Origin: Leucoraja ocellata
Lineage: Eukaryota
DNA length: 64,000 nucleotides
Direction: 5' to 3'
NCBI GenBank assembly: GCA_036785375.1
Contig: JAWMAR010000276.1
Span: 372,001 to 436,000, forward strand
In this document: positions 25,560 to 37,716 of the stretch, piece by piece
Layout of the letters: every line of letters starts with the position of its first letter
Numbering within the stretch: the stretch's first letter is position 1
The notes under the pieces: model-generated
What the model was told of the DNA's origin: nothing
What the model saw: only the letters and a program-made list of their open reading frames with translations
The model's database searches: none
Translations under genes and position numbers: made by a program

Positions 25560-26480
25560 GTTCAGATCAAATGGGATAGTAGCATTTATTGCAAGGTGAT
25601 TTGAGTACATTTATTGCTCCATTTATTCAAGGCCATGGTGAAACAATGTCATGACTGGTATGTGCACAGGGCTGGCCTCCCTACCCAAGAAAGGGTATAC
25701 ATGCTAGAGAAAGAGCAGTGGTGTTAACGAGTTTAAGGCCTGGGTTGGTAGGTTTGTTGCATGCAGAAACAAACTTGTCCTGCACTCTCTTACATTTAGA
25801 AGAATGAGAGGTACGGGTGGCACGGTGGCGCAGTGGTAGTGTTGCTGCCTTATCCAGGTTCAATCCTGACTGCAGGTGCTGTCAGCAGGAAGTTTGTACG
25901 TTTTCGGCGTTACCTGTGTTGGTTTTCTACGGGTGCTCCGGTTTCCTCCCACACTACAAAGACGTACAGGTTAGTAGGTCCCAAGTTGGTTTCGTATGAT
26001 TATAAATTGTCCCAAGTGTGTGTAGGATCGTGTTAATGTGCGGGCATCGCTGCTCGGAGCGGACTCGTTGGCCCGAAAGACCTGTTTCCGCACTGTATCT
26101 CTAAAACTAAACTAAACTAAAGGTAATCTCAGAAACATACAAAATACTGGCAGCGCCTCACAGGGTATACGTGGAATTGATGTCTCCCCTGGCTGAGCTC
26201 CCTTGAACCAAGAGTCAGCCATTCAGGATTGAAATGAATTAAAATGAAATTAAATTGCTTCATCCAGCAGGTAACATTAAGCATGCAGCTTTGGCATTCT
26301 TGATCAAACGTGCTGTGGAGGTTCAGTTGCTCAGTTCATTCAAGACAAAGATTGATGGTTTAGGATACTTAAATAATCAAGGGCTATGGTGCCAAGGTAA
26401 AATGTCAGCCATGCGTTTAATGAACAGCAGAACAGGTAGCATGGGTTGAACAGGCCCTCTCTTGCTTCTATTTGTTAAGT
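25560..26480 (+). mobile_element. Old CR1 3' region interrupted by a SINE
   Basis: GCATTTATTGCAAGG..TTTGAGTAC, AGAAGAATGAGAGGT...ATCTC..AAACATAC, GCTGTGGAGG..CAGT, GGGTTGAACAGGCC. Confidence 0.65.
25814..26120 (+). mobile_element. tRNA-derived V-SINE (HE1-like)
   Basis: A box TGGCGCAGTGG, B box GGTTCAATCC, V-core GGTGCTCCGGTTTCCTCCCACAC..AAAGAC, CR1-like tail and (CTAAA)n. AGGTA duplicated at 25809-25813 and 26121-26125. Confidence 0.9.
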
Positions 26481-26982
26481 TCCTGTATTAATTTAAAACT
26501 TACGATCCTGCAAGGCTGTTGAGCATTCAGGATCATTTTTATCTAACATATACTCATATCTTCAAGAAGAATTGGCTAGATATGGAAGATCATTGAGAAC
26601 AAATTAACACCGATAACAGTGACAAGCTCAGGTTCATGTGCTACATTACAGCACAAAGGAAATGTCTCTTAAATCTTCTTGAACATTTTTAATTTTCAAT
26701 TCCACACTGCAAGAAGTAGATTAGATCCTAATTAGAAAGCACCAATAACATTAAATAATCATTCTAAGGGTTTTTTTTTCCAGAATGGAAGCAGATTCAT
26801 TTTGGCAGCATTCACAATGGCTTATCTTCAGATATCATTAATGAACCAGGGATGCTCAAAACATAACCTGATGCAAACTTTGGCTTGGTCAGCTGAAGAG
26901 GAGCATGTACGATGCCCAAGCGATCATGCATACATGAATAGTAGACACCGGCACTGCAGCAGGGTATGGAGGGAAAGAGAAT

Positions 26983-27656
26983 GGGTTTAGTTTAGAGATA
27001 CAGATTGAAATAAGGGCCTGTCCCACTTAGGCTATTTTTAGGTGACGGTCATAGCTGTAGCAGGTTGCCGAAAAACCTGGACCCCCTTCGACATAAAATT
27101 TGAAATAGAATCATTACTTTCACAACACCAAAAAAATGAAGGCAGCACAGGCTACAACCTACGTTAACCTGGCGACAACTACGACAGCACCTACATCAGG
27201 AGAAGTCAAACTACGCTCATTGGCGTCAAACCCACTGTCGCTGACAGTGAAAATCTAGCGGCGACCAGAAAGACGCTATGACTCTTTGGGCGACTGAGGA
27301 GACTACTCACGACCGTACAGGCGACACCTTGGCAACAGCCTAGTCACCTAAAAAATCGCCTAAGTGGGACAGGCCCTATAGGCTCTTCGGCCCAATGGGT
27401 CTACATTGACCATCAATTCCCCGTTCACACTGGTCCTATGTTATCTCACTTTCTCGTCCACTCCATGCACATCAAGCGCAATGTTTACAGCGGCCAATTA
27501 ACCTACAAACCTGCACGTTGTAAGGATATGGGAAGAAACCAGAGCACCCGGAGGAAACCCACGTGGTCACAGTGCAAACTCCAGACAGACAGCAGTCTGT
27601 CAGGATCAAACTCAGGTCTCCAGCGCTGTGAGGCAGCAGTTCTACCGGCTGCACCA
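26983..27656 (-). mobile_element. V-SINE (HE1-like), interrupted by a MITE
   Basis: Tail TTTAGTTTAGAGATACAG, antisense core GAAACCAGAGCACCCGGAGGAAACCCACG, antisense head GGCAGCAGTTCTACCGGCTGCACC. Confidence 0.85.
27013..27377. mobile_element. PIF/Harbinger-like MITE nested in the SINE
   Basis: TIRs AGGGCCTGTCCCACTTAGG and CCTAAGTGGGACAGGCCCT, with ATA on both flanks. Confidence 0.9.
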
Positions 27657-28259
27657 AGAAAGAGGACTGTGGCTGAGGATGATTTGAGGAATAATGCACA
27701 CAAGAACATCAGCAAAGAGAGATGGTCAGTAGCAATGGAAAGTTGAAGGTAGCATAAACCTGCGCAAAGATTCATCTTAGAATCACTGCCATTAGCATAG
27801 AGGGTCTGGCTCAGCTAAAAGCTGCTTCAAAGATTTTATTGGCCTTGCATGTATCGTAGAATTTTGCAGAAGTAATGACGGATGAATATTACATTGTTTG
27901 TCATCATCACTTTGAATGCTGTGCAGGCACCAGGTGAGAACAAGATGCAAAACAATGCTGGCATCAACTTGAGTCCGCAGGATTCTGCCCCTTGAAAATG
28001 GCCTTCCAAACCCAGAGGTTTACATGCCTGTTGAATATCAAATAGCCTCAATTGTCTACTTCAAAGACTTTGCAGCCGCCTCAAAAAATGATAGCTGGGT
28101 TTTTTATGTTTGAGGCTGCACTTGAGAATGCCTTTGGCATGTTTTGTTTCATTATTAAACTCCAAATATAGATAAAAGTAGTAGTTGTTGGTTTTGTTGT
28201 TGGAGAAACATGCAGGACAGCATCCTAAATAAAGCAGTCCACATGATTGGCATCCCAAC

Positions 28260-28590
28260 TATCACCTTAAACATTCATTTCGATTGCATCTGCAAGTTGC
28301 ACAGCTTCAAAATACTGAAGCTTCTTTGACAGCACTACTTAAATACTTACACACCAACATCTAGAAAGATAAGAGCAGCTTCAGTCGAGGATATAACCAC
28401 CTTCAAGATCCCTTCTAAGGTACACACCGCCTTGATAGGGCCTCCTTAAAACATTGTGGGAGCTCATTCACCAGATGACTGTAGTTCATTGTGGTATTTC
28501 ACCATCAATTTCTCAAAGGCAGCAAAGTACGGTCAATGAATGCTGGCCTTGCCTACAATGCCCACATGCCGTAAACAAAGGCTCAAGAAA
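28260..28590 (+). mobile_element. Old LINE 3' end (same family as 62700-62880)
   Basis: GACAGCAC...CTAGAAAGATAAGAGCAGC...ACCACCTTCAAG...ATGCTGGCCTTGCC...GCCCACAT pattern, recalled as a shark/ray LINE terminus. Confidence 0.45.
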
Positions 28591-28669
28591 ATTACCATTT
28601 TCATTAATTAAATTAATGGTAGCTAACATGCACATCTTCAAAACAACAAAAATCTGAAGCAAACAAGTT

Positions 28670-29740
28670 ATTCAACCTAGATGTAGACGTGGCGTGCATG
28701 GATGGCTTTTGACAAGGTCCCTCGTGGCAGGCTGGTCCGGAAAGATAAAGCTCGAGCGATCCAAGGCATATTAGCAAACTAGTTTCAAAAGTGGCTTGTT
28801 GATAGAAAACAGAATATAGTGGGAGGCGGGTGTTTTACTGATTGGAATTCTGCACCATGTGGTGAACCACAGGGATCTGTGCTGGGACCTCACTTGCTGG
28901 TTAGATATATAATGGGATGCGAATTAAGATGATATGATGGGTAAATTTGCAGGTGACATGAAAATTGGGAGTCCAACAAGTATTTATACAAAATAACAAA
29001 TATTGAGACCTCTGCCAGGGAAGCAGACAATACATTTTGACAACATCTGCTCAGGAACCTCAGATGGAAATTTGCACTGAGTGCTGGCAGGTAGAATTTG
29101 ATCCAGGCATGTATGTGGAATGAAGTAAATGACAGATCTTAATAGAGTTGATGTGCAGAGAACATTTGAAGTGCAAGTCCATGATTCCCTGCAAGTAGTG
29201 ACACAGGTGACGAGGGCAGTGAGAAAGGTGCTTAATTTGTTTGCCTTGATAGGCTGAGGCATTTAGTATAAGCTTTAGGACATCGTATTAAAGTTATATA
29301 AAATACTGATTAGACTACATTTAGAATATTGTATATAGTTCTAGCAGCCGCACGACAGCATGGATATGGTAGCAATAGAGAGATTGCAGAAGAGATGTTC
29401 CCTAGAATGAAGGGTTGTAGTCAAACAGAGAGATCGATTACACTGGGAATATTTTCCTCAGAATGTGGGAGGTCCAGGGGTGGCCTTGGAGGTTTATAAT
29501 ATTATGAGGGGCATAGTCTGGATAGATGGTCAGGCACTTTTCTCCAGGGCAGGGGAGTAGAACTAGACGTTACAATTTTAAGGTGAGAGGGAATTTAAAG
29601 GAGACCTGAGGGCAAGTTTTTCGACACAGAAGGTGGTGAATATCTAGAACAAGTTGAGAGAGGAGATAGTGTAAGTGGACAAGTTAGATGTTTGGACAGA
29701 TATTTGAAGAGGAAGGATATAGGAAGATATAGGAATTCAT
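28670..29740 (+). mobile_element. Decayed CR1 RT and 3' region
   Basis: GCTTTTGACAAGGTCCCT (AFDKVP), CCACAGGGATCTGTGCTGGGACC (PQGSVLG), AAATTTGCAGGTGAC (KFADD-like), TTAGAATATTGT (LEYC). Confidence 0.85.
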
Positions 29741-31514
29741 GATATTTAGAAGTGAAGACCATGCATCGAAGAAAAAAAAGTGTAACTGAGCTGGCGTTTG
29801 TTCGATTATCAAAATCTGATACAACAATGCGATGTGACCTCCTAAAGAAATGTAACTAAGAGTTCACATCCTAGCTCTCAGTTACACCTCTTGTAACAAC
29901 AAACATATTAACTTTGAGGAAAGCAGATGATGCCTATTGACACTGCTGCTCAAGAACTCACTTCTTTTGGGAGAAAGAGGTTTGTATTTAATAGTGATGG
30001 TTGGAATAAAGTTACAGATAACCCATGTGTGTAAGGGACACAAGTGAGATACGTTCTGCTGATGTGTGAAATTAGTGCATCTGTGAAAGCTGACCTCTGG
30101 AATGACTACCTGTGTGCAGGAGTCTGAAATATTCTCCAGGCTCCTGCCTCGAATGAATAAACATATGTAAATAATTGAGGCAACTCCCTTGGTGACTGGA
30201 ATGAATTTAATCAATGCTTCGTCTTGTGTCTGCAGGTCTGTAGGATGTTAGAATATATAGGTAGTAATTGTAGGAACTGAGCTCAAACTCGCCTCTGGAT
30301 TATATGCAAGATTAAGACCACTTATCCAGGAAGATTGTTGCAAAGATGAAAAGAACATGTAAAGAAATAGACATAGAAACTCAAAAGAAAAACTGTAGTC
30401 AAATGATCTGTGCAGCAATTTCTCCAACATCAAAGATACAAAAAGTGAACAATTTCACCTCCACCATTCTGGTACATCTGCTCTGCTGAAATGTGCAGTC
30501 TTTGTAAACAGCATTATTTCCGACACAAAAGCCTGAATCCAATGCTATGTCAAAGTGTTAGATTTTCACAATTTCAGCTCTGTTGCTATACAGGAATTTG
30601 CAGGGATCTCAGTACAGAGACTTTTGACCTACGTCCATGTACTTTTTAATACATTCATTGGCGATTATCAAATGTCATGATTAATTTAACAAGCTGTAAA
30701 AAATTATTCTGCAGTCCTTAACAGGGTGAAAAATATCTTTTAGATATTTTTCCTTTGTATTTCTGGCACAAATTCTGAATTTAAATTACATTCTTTCAGC
30801 GCCTTGTATTTTTGAAGTACTGTTAACATGTAAAATGCCCCAAGGTTCTTCATAGGATTTGACACCAAGCCTCATAATGAGATATTATTCTAAATGATGA
30901 AATCTGAAAAGTAAACTGGAGATTTTAAAGCCTGATTTTATCTTAGTCACTTAGCCACTCACCACATGTTAACAGCCACAAGCTATTGTGTTGTTTCCCC
31001 AGTGCTATCATCTGCAATGCATTGAATTTCTGATTTTTCATATTAAATAACAGAATTTCCACAGATTAATGTACAACATTAACTACAAAGTAATAGTGAA
31101 TACTATATATTATTTTAATTATATTATGCAAACTTCTTCTATGTTTCATTTGACAAAAGCACATGTTCTTTCAGAAACTAAGGGGATCTTCAGTTAAGGA
31201 GATGCTTTGGATCATCTGACATCGAGTGGGAATGGTGTTAAGATGGCATTAGGACATCCTGGTCTTGGGCAGGGATGGACCAAAACCTATTCAGAATGAA
31301 TTAGCCAGACATTTGGGCTAATGTGACAGCATGAGACAGGTGGAAGGGAAGGGAAGATGTAAATATGAAAGCACTTCATCACAAAAAACATATTCCAGTC
31401 AATGTTAGAATAGCAGTGATTTATACAGGGGGCATCTATTCCACGTAAAAATATCACAAATAGCAATTATGCAATTTGTTCACTAAACCAAAGGAAGAGA
31501 TAAAGTTTGGTGTT

Positions 31515-31648
31515 TGGGTCCGAAGAAGGGTCTCGATCCGAAACTTCACCCATTCCCTCACTCCAGAGATGCTGCCTGTCCTGCTGAGTTACTCTGACAT
31601 TTTGTGTCTACCTTTGGTTTAAACCAGCATCTGCAGTTCCTTCCTACA
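31515..31648 (+). mobile_element. Penelope pLTR copy
   Basis: GTCCGAAGAAGGGTCTCGATCCGAAACTTCACC...CCAGCATCTGCAGTTCCTTCCTAC. Confidence 0.85.
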
Positions 31649-32504
31649 ATGTTTGTGTTTTGTAGAAATAAGGTCTGCCTGGCTACAACTCCAGCATGTC
31701 TGTGTGACCACATTCACCGTCTTAATTAACTATGAAGGTTGACTATATAGGTGAGATATTTCAGCATGCCACTACAAAAAGGATGAAAAATAAAGAATTC
31801 CAAAAAAAATTAAGCTTTTGAAAGCTAGCCTCCATTGGAGAGGCAACCTTCAAACTACAAGCAAGCTATTCGTAGTAGTGTAATTACACTACTATTGTGC
31901 CAAGCAAATTACAATTTAATTTTTATTTATGTTCAATATCCGGCTTTTCGGAAGTATGAGTATAATTTTGATTTTGTGCAATTGTGCAAAATGAATATCA
32001 GTAAATATCAAGCCTAATTTACACAAAATGTTTATTTATGTTATCTTCAATAGACGGAAGTGCAAGGGACTGCCAATTTACTGTTTGACTTGTTTTCTAC
32101 TAATCCCTTCAATGGACAATCTCTGAGGCAGTTCCTCAAGCATAAACACCCTAACCCAATCGACCATTCTTCATCCATGTAAATTAGTTGTTTAATTGAT
32201 GTTGCCCAAAAACGTTTCAAACAGATCTCCATTTTCTCCACATGTAAAGTAACTGCACAGCTGGTGTGTGAATACAGATTGCCTTTCATAATGTCCCATC
32301 CCACCCCAGGCCACTGGAGATCAACTCTAGAGATTCATTTATCACTTGTTAACTCAGTATCGATCAATAGGGAAAACATGTCATCTTCACATTACTTGAA
32401 AAAGAAAAAATTGCAGGTGATGGAAATCTGAAATAAAAACAGAATCAGCTGGAAACATTCAGTAGGTCAGGCAGGTAATATCATTGGAAAGATGAACAGA
32501 ATAA

Positions 32505-33172
32505 TGGGGTTGTCGCACTTAGGTGACTTTTTAGGCGATTGCAGGAAACTATGCAGTTGCCACATGGTCGTCACATGTTCGCAGGTGGTTGCCGGGGAGT
32601 CGCCTTCATGGTCGTGAGGAGTTACCGCATTCTGGGAACTAGACGCGGCGGCCTCATTATGGTCTCCGTGAGTTTTTCAACACGTTGAAAAATTAGCGGC
32701 AACTAGAATGAAGTCGCCATGGAGAGTAGCGAGAATTCTTGAGCCGTAATTGGGTCGCCAGGAGGTTGGAGGTTCTCGTAGGTTGTAGCCTGTGCTGACC
32801 AGTGAATTTCATTGGCTCATTGGGAATAAAAATGGTAAGCAAAAGTTTTCAGAACCTAGGATAACCGACCGGTAATGTTAAATGTCCGCCGAGTTTCGCA
32901 GCCGTGTATCTCTGGCAATTAAAAGTTGTCTCCACTCCTTTTCCCCCCTCCTTTAAAGGACTTATCGTACACTGTGCTTTAGCTGTCTTTATACAGCGCT
33001 AACCTTCCTGTTCATCGCGGTGTGTGTCAGTTACACCTTGGCTTTGCACCGTGTGAATTTTTTGGACAGCGCTCCCCCCGCTTGCCCTGTCGTGCGCCTG
33101 CATAACGGCTGGTGAAGGAAGCGATGTGTGTGTGTGTGTGTGTGTTCCAATCTGACAGTCGCCGTTCCAGTT
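32505..33172. mobile_element. Harbinger-like non-autonomous DNA element, one end missing
   Basis: TAA then TGGGGTTGTCGCACTTAGGTGACTTTTTAGGCGA, resembling the 27013 MITE terminus. CpG-rich GTCGCC-repeat interior. No matching right TIR seen. Confidence 0.6.
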
Positions 33173-33679
33173 GATAATGAAACAGAAAATGTGTTTACAT
33201 CCATCTCGAGCGCTGCTGAAAAATGCAGAGTCTTCCCAGAGTAGAACGGTTGCCTGGTGTCTCAGCTGTTCTCACCATCCAGACTGTGGATCGACTAACA
33301 ACATTGAATCCATTTCAATTAAACTGAGCTTATGATTGAATCAGAATTTTAATAAACTGAAAACTAACCACAGAACATTCAGCAAGTTTGCTCAAATAAC
33401 ATTCAAATCTGCCAAAGGGATTAGGATTTTAAAATGCTCAGCTCCTAAAAGATCAACAAACCTCCCCTTTAGCAGAATAAGAGAATCTCAGATAAATGAA
33501 CACCTTCCATGTACTTCCATCCTACAGCAACTCAGCAGAGTAAACATTCACCATTTTAAATCACTATTATCAACAGTTTTAAAATAAAAAGGCTTTAGAG
33601 ACAATGAGCACTACAAATGCCTCACTCGGTAGTGCTTTGTTTCCTTAATGACTAAATAAGAAAGGATGTTGTGATTTTT

Positions 33680-34240
33680 AGGTAGACAAGAGACTGCAGA
33701 TGCTGGAATATTGAGCAGACACAAAGCGCTGAATGAACTCTGTGTTCAAGAAGGAACTGCAGATGCTGGAAGATCGAAGGTACACAAAAATGGAATTTTA
33801 AAAAAAATCAGAAGAAGGGTTTCGGCCCGAAACGTCGCCTATTTCCTTCGCTCCATAGATGCTGCTGCACCCGCTGAGTTTCTCCAGCATTTTTGTGTAC
33901 CTGCTGAATGAACTCAGTGGGTCAGGATGCATCTGTGGAGAGATTTGACAGATTACATTTTTTGGGCGGGACCCTTTTTCCGTCTAATGGAGTAGGGGGG
34001 AAGAACGCTGGAATAAAAGAGGTTGGGGTGGGGAAAGGTCTGGCGAGTGATAAAGGTGAAGGGGGGAGTGATTGCAAGATGGTGGAGATAGTGACAAAGG
34101 CAAGAGGTGAAAAGGAGACAAAAAGGTGTCAGGTCAGGAAAGAAGATGAGTGAGCTTTAAAGCTGGAGGGAGATGGTGGAAGCAGATGGAAGGAGCAGAA
34201 AGAAGTGGGATAAAAGGTTAAGGGGGGTCAGAGATGAGGG
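33680..34240 (-). mobile_element. Older Penelope pLTR and 3' UTR with a younger pLTR nested inside
   Basis: GACTGCAGATGCTGGAA...GAACTC[insert]AGTGGGTCAGG..GCATCTGTGGAG, then the purine-rich antisense UTR. Confidence 0.65.
33741..33902. mobile_element. Fold-back Penelope pLTR insertion
   Basis: Antisense plus sense pLTR. 13-bp TSD GCTGAATGAACTC at 33728-33740 and 33903-33915. Confidence 0.85.
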
Positions 34241-34535
34241 TGAGAGATGAGTGATGAGGAAGTGAACATTAATGCCAATATCTTCAGGTGGAGTGGAGGA
34301 CGAGGCCAGTCAGGCGAAGGATGGGTTAGTGAAATCGAGAGGAAACAATGATTGCCAATTTCAGCAAAGAGCCGCGAAAGGCCAATACTGAGCAATATTA
34401 CAATGGATGCATTAAGATCGTAAGGCATGGGACTGGAATTAGGCCATTCAGCCCACTGAGCCTTCTCCGCCATTCAATCATGGCTGATCTATTTTTCCCT
34501 CTCAACCCCATTCTCATGCCTTTTCCCAATAGTCA

Positions 34536-35353
34536 ATGTCAAAGTCAAAGTCAAATTTATTCCTCACATGCACCAACCAAGGTACAGTGAAATGAATTTG
34601 CCAGCAGCTATACGGCTGAAAAAAAGAACACAATACACAATAAAATTTAAACACCAACATCCACCACAGCATTCTTGACTGTGGTGGAAGGCAACAAAGT
34701 TCAGTCAGTCCTCCTCCCTTGTTCATCCATGGTCGGGGTCATAAACCGTTCGTAGTCACTGCTATGTCGGGATGAATGAAACTCCGACGTCGAACACACT
34801 CTGCGGCTTGCAGTGTCACATTGCTACCGGAGACCGCGGCTTCAGGATGTTACAGGCCACAGGCCGACGATCGGAGCTCTTCTCTGGCGATTCCCGGCAA
34901 GGGATCCCAGACTCCGGATGGTAAGTCCATGCCACGCCCGCGGCTAGAAGCTCCGCAGACCACAGCCCCCATGATGTCAAAGTCACCAGGCCAGCGACCG
35001 GAGCACTCTTCTCTGGTGACCCCCAGCAAGGGTTCGCCCCTGCTCTGCGATAGAAGAGTCCACGTTGCGCCCGCTGCTGAAGCTCTGGGCCCGACTCCGG
35101 GAAAGGCCGCTCCAATTCAAGCTGTTAGGCCGCAAGAGGGGAGGTGGAGAAACGACATGGAAAAAGTTGCCTCTCCATCGAGGAAATGACTGAAAAACGG
35201 TTTCTCCCTTTTCCCCAACAACCCCATGCCGCCACATAAGACACACTGAGAGACACTAAAAAAAACACTCAGACATACCAAAAAAAACCCCAAAAAGTCA
35301 AAATAACGAACACGCTGCTGGCAGGGCAGCCGATTCGCAGCGCCCCCAACCGA
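34536..35353 (-). mobile_element. GC-rich non-autonomous retroelement (family copy C, apparently full length)
   Basis: 10-bp TSD CCAATAGTCA at 34526-34535 and 35354-35363. Rex1-like tail ...GTGCATGTGAGGAATAAA(TTTGAC)n on the minus strand. Confidence 0.75.
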
Positions 35354-35356
35354 CCA

Positions 35357-36545
35357 ATAGTCATAGAGTGATACAGTGTGAAAACAGACCATTCGGCCCA
35401 ACTTGCCCACACCGGCCAACATGTCCCAGCTACACTAGTCCCACCTGCCTGCGCTTGGTCCCTCCAAACTTGTCCTATCCATGTACCTGTCTAACTGCTT
35501 CTTAAACATTGGGATAGTCCCAGCCTCAACTATCTTCTCTGGCAGTTTGTTCCATACACTCATCACCCTTTGTGTGAAAATGTTACCCCTTGGATTCCTA
35601 TTAAATCTTTTCCCCTTCACCTTGAACTATGGCCTCTGGTCCTCGATTCCCATACTCTGGGCAAGAGATTTTGTGCATCCGCCCGATCTATTCCTCAATA
35701 AGATCACCGCTCATCCTCCGGTGCTCCAAGGAATAGAGACCCAGCCTGCTCAACCTCTCCCTATAACTCAGACCATCTAGTCCTGGCAACATCCTCGTAA
35801 ATCTTCTCTGATCCCTTTAAGCTTGACAATATCTTTCTGAAAACATGATGCCCAGAACTGAACACAATACTCTAAATGTGGTCTTATCAACATCTTATAC
35901 AACTACAACAAGACCTCCCAACTTCTATACTCAATAATCTGACTGTTGAAGCCCAATGTGCCAAATGCCTTTTTGACCACTTCATCTACCTGCGACTCCA
36001 TCTTCAAGAAACCATGCACCTGCACTCCTAGATCCCTCTGCACTACAACACTTCCCAGAGGCATACCTTGACGTCCCAAAATGCAACACATTTTTCTGTA
36101 TTAAATTTCATCAACCATTCCTCAGCCCTCCTGGCAATTGATCCAGATCCTGCTGCAATCTTTCACAACCATCTTCACTATCTGCAAAACCACCCACTTT
36201 TGTATCATCAGCAAACTTGCTAATTTAGCCCTGGATGTTCTCATCCAAATCTTGGATGTAGATGACAAACAGTAATAGGCCCAGCACCAAACGCTGAGGC
36301 ACACCACTAGTCACAGGCACCTAGTCTGAGAAGCAACCATCCACCATCACCCTCTGCTTCCTTCCATGAAGCCAATTTGCTATCCATTTAGCTATTTCTC
36401 CTTGGATCCCATGCAATTTAATCTTCCAGAGCAGCCTTGTCAAATGCCTTACTGAACCTTGTCAAATGCCTTACTGAAATCCATGTACATAACATCTACA
36501 GTTCTGCCCTCATCGACCTTCTTGGTCACATCTTCAATAAACTTT
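35357..36545 (-). mobile_element. CR1 LINE 3' ~1.2 kb
   Basis: ORFs give QRDLGVQVHGFLKMESQVDEVVKKAFGTLGF...IEYRSWEVLL and KGKRFNRNPRGNIFTQRVMSVWNKLPE. Confidence 0.9.
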
Positions 36546-37663
36546 GATGTCCTTCGTAATCAACCTCTGCCTTAAAAATACTCAATGTCTTAGCCTCCAC
36601 ACAATGAATTCCATAAATTCACCAGTCTGGCTGAAGAAATTCCTCCTCATCTCCATTTTGAAGGTACATCCCTTTATTCTGAGGCTGTGCCCTCTGGTTC
36701 TAAACTAACGATTACTGGAAACATCCGTTCCATGTCCACTCTATTTAGGCCTCTCTATTAGTCTGAGAAACAGACACAAAGTTATTCATCTTAGGGTGAA
36801 AGACAATGCCAAATTTATGAACAATCTTGTTGACTCATTACAAGCCTTTATCAGAAGGTGGAATTGATGGAGAAAACCAAAGACAACAGCTTTAACATTT
36901 CCAATAATCCAGCTCTTTGCTTCTACAACAGATTCTTCGTTGCCCATTTCTCTGACAGAAAAGCCATTACTCTGGATGTCTAACAATGGCCATTCAGCTG
37001 TCAAGATAGGACGGCGAAATACAGGAGAACAGAAAGATATACAAGGTACTATTTATTAAACGAGTGAGGTATCATGCAATCATCTGAGCCATTTTAATTA
37101 TAAATATTCAAATTATGGAGCAAAATATTGTTGGATAGTTGCAGCAAAAACTGCTACACTGGCTTGCTAATGCCAAGATGAAACTTTCCTTTGGGCAATA
37201 TAGGGCAGGTAATCAATGTTCTTTTCTTAGCAATAGCTACAGCCTGTGAATGAACTAAAACATATGTATTGTCAAAAACAAGTTGATTTGTTGTTGTAAT
37301 AAATATTGTTTCTTTTAAGTTTTGTTTTTACATTATTACAGATGGGGTGTTCATTAAAAGTACAATTTGATACAATTTGATAAGCAATAACTCCTCCTGT
37401 TTGTATGGTAATCCGTTTTGATCTTCCTCACAGATTAGTATTCTGTGGGGCTCGTTATCTGGGGCTGCGTGGGGCTTTTTTGCAGTTAATCTGCAGAGGT
37501 TTGCAAGATATCGTGAAAGATTAATTGGAGCCAAGGACTCGTGCCTTGTAAATTCACTGAATAAAGCTTTTTTTCTCTTCTTCCTTCCCTTTTAGAGAAA
37601 CATAGGAAAGGAAAAACATGGGGAACCCTGAATCTTTGATGAATGCCCGTGACCAATGATTTT

Positions 37664-37716
37664 ACACACACACGCACGCACACACACACACACACACACA
37701 CACCCACACACACACG
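37664..37716. repeat. (CA)n microsatellite
   Basis: Imperfect CA repeat, directly visible. Confidence 0.95.

Larger units (their letters stand above)
34410..36760 (-). mobile_element. Old CR1 3' end split by nested younger elements (outer pieces 34410-34525 and ~36555-36760)
   Basis: GAATTAGGCCATTCAGCCC...CTCAACCCCATTCTC, resuming as CTCTGCCTTAAAAATACTCAATG...GAAGAAATTCCTCCTCATCTC. Confidence 0.6.

Noticed and set aside
25815-25880. tRNA-like sequence (also 58820-58895)
   Set aside because: It is the pol III head of a SINE, continuous with the V core and LINE-like tail; not a tRNA gene.
34776-35422. ORFs on both strands in GC-rich copy C (likewise 53474-54155 in copy D)
   Set aside because: Peptides are not conserved between family copies; compositional artefact.
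36435-36478. Perfect 22-bp tandem duplication in CR1
   Set aside because: Ordinary slippage or repair duplication in a dead element.
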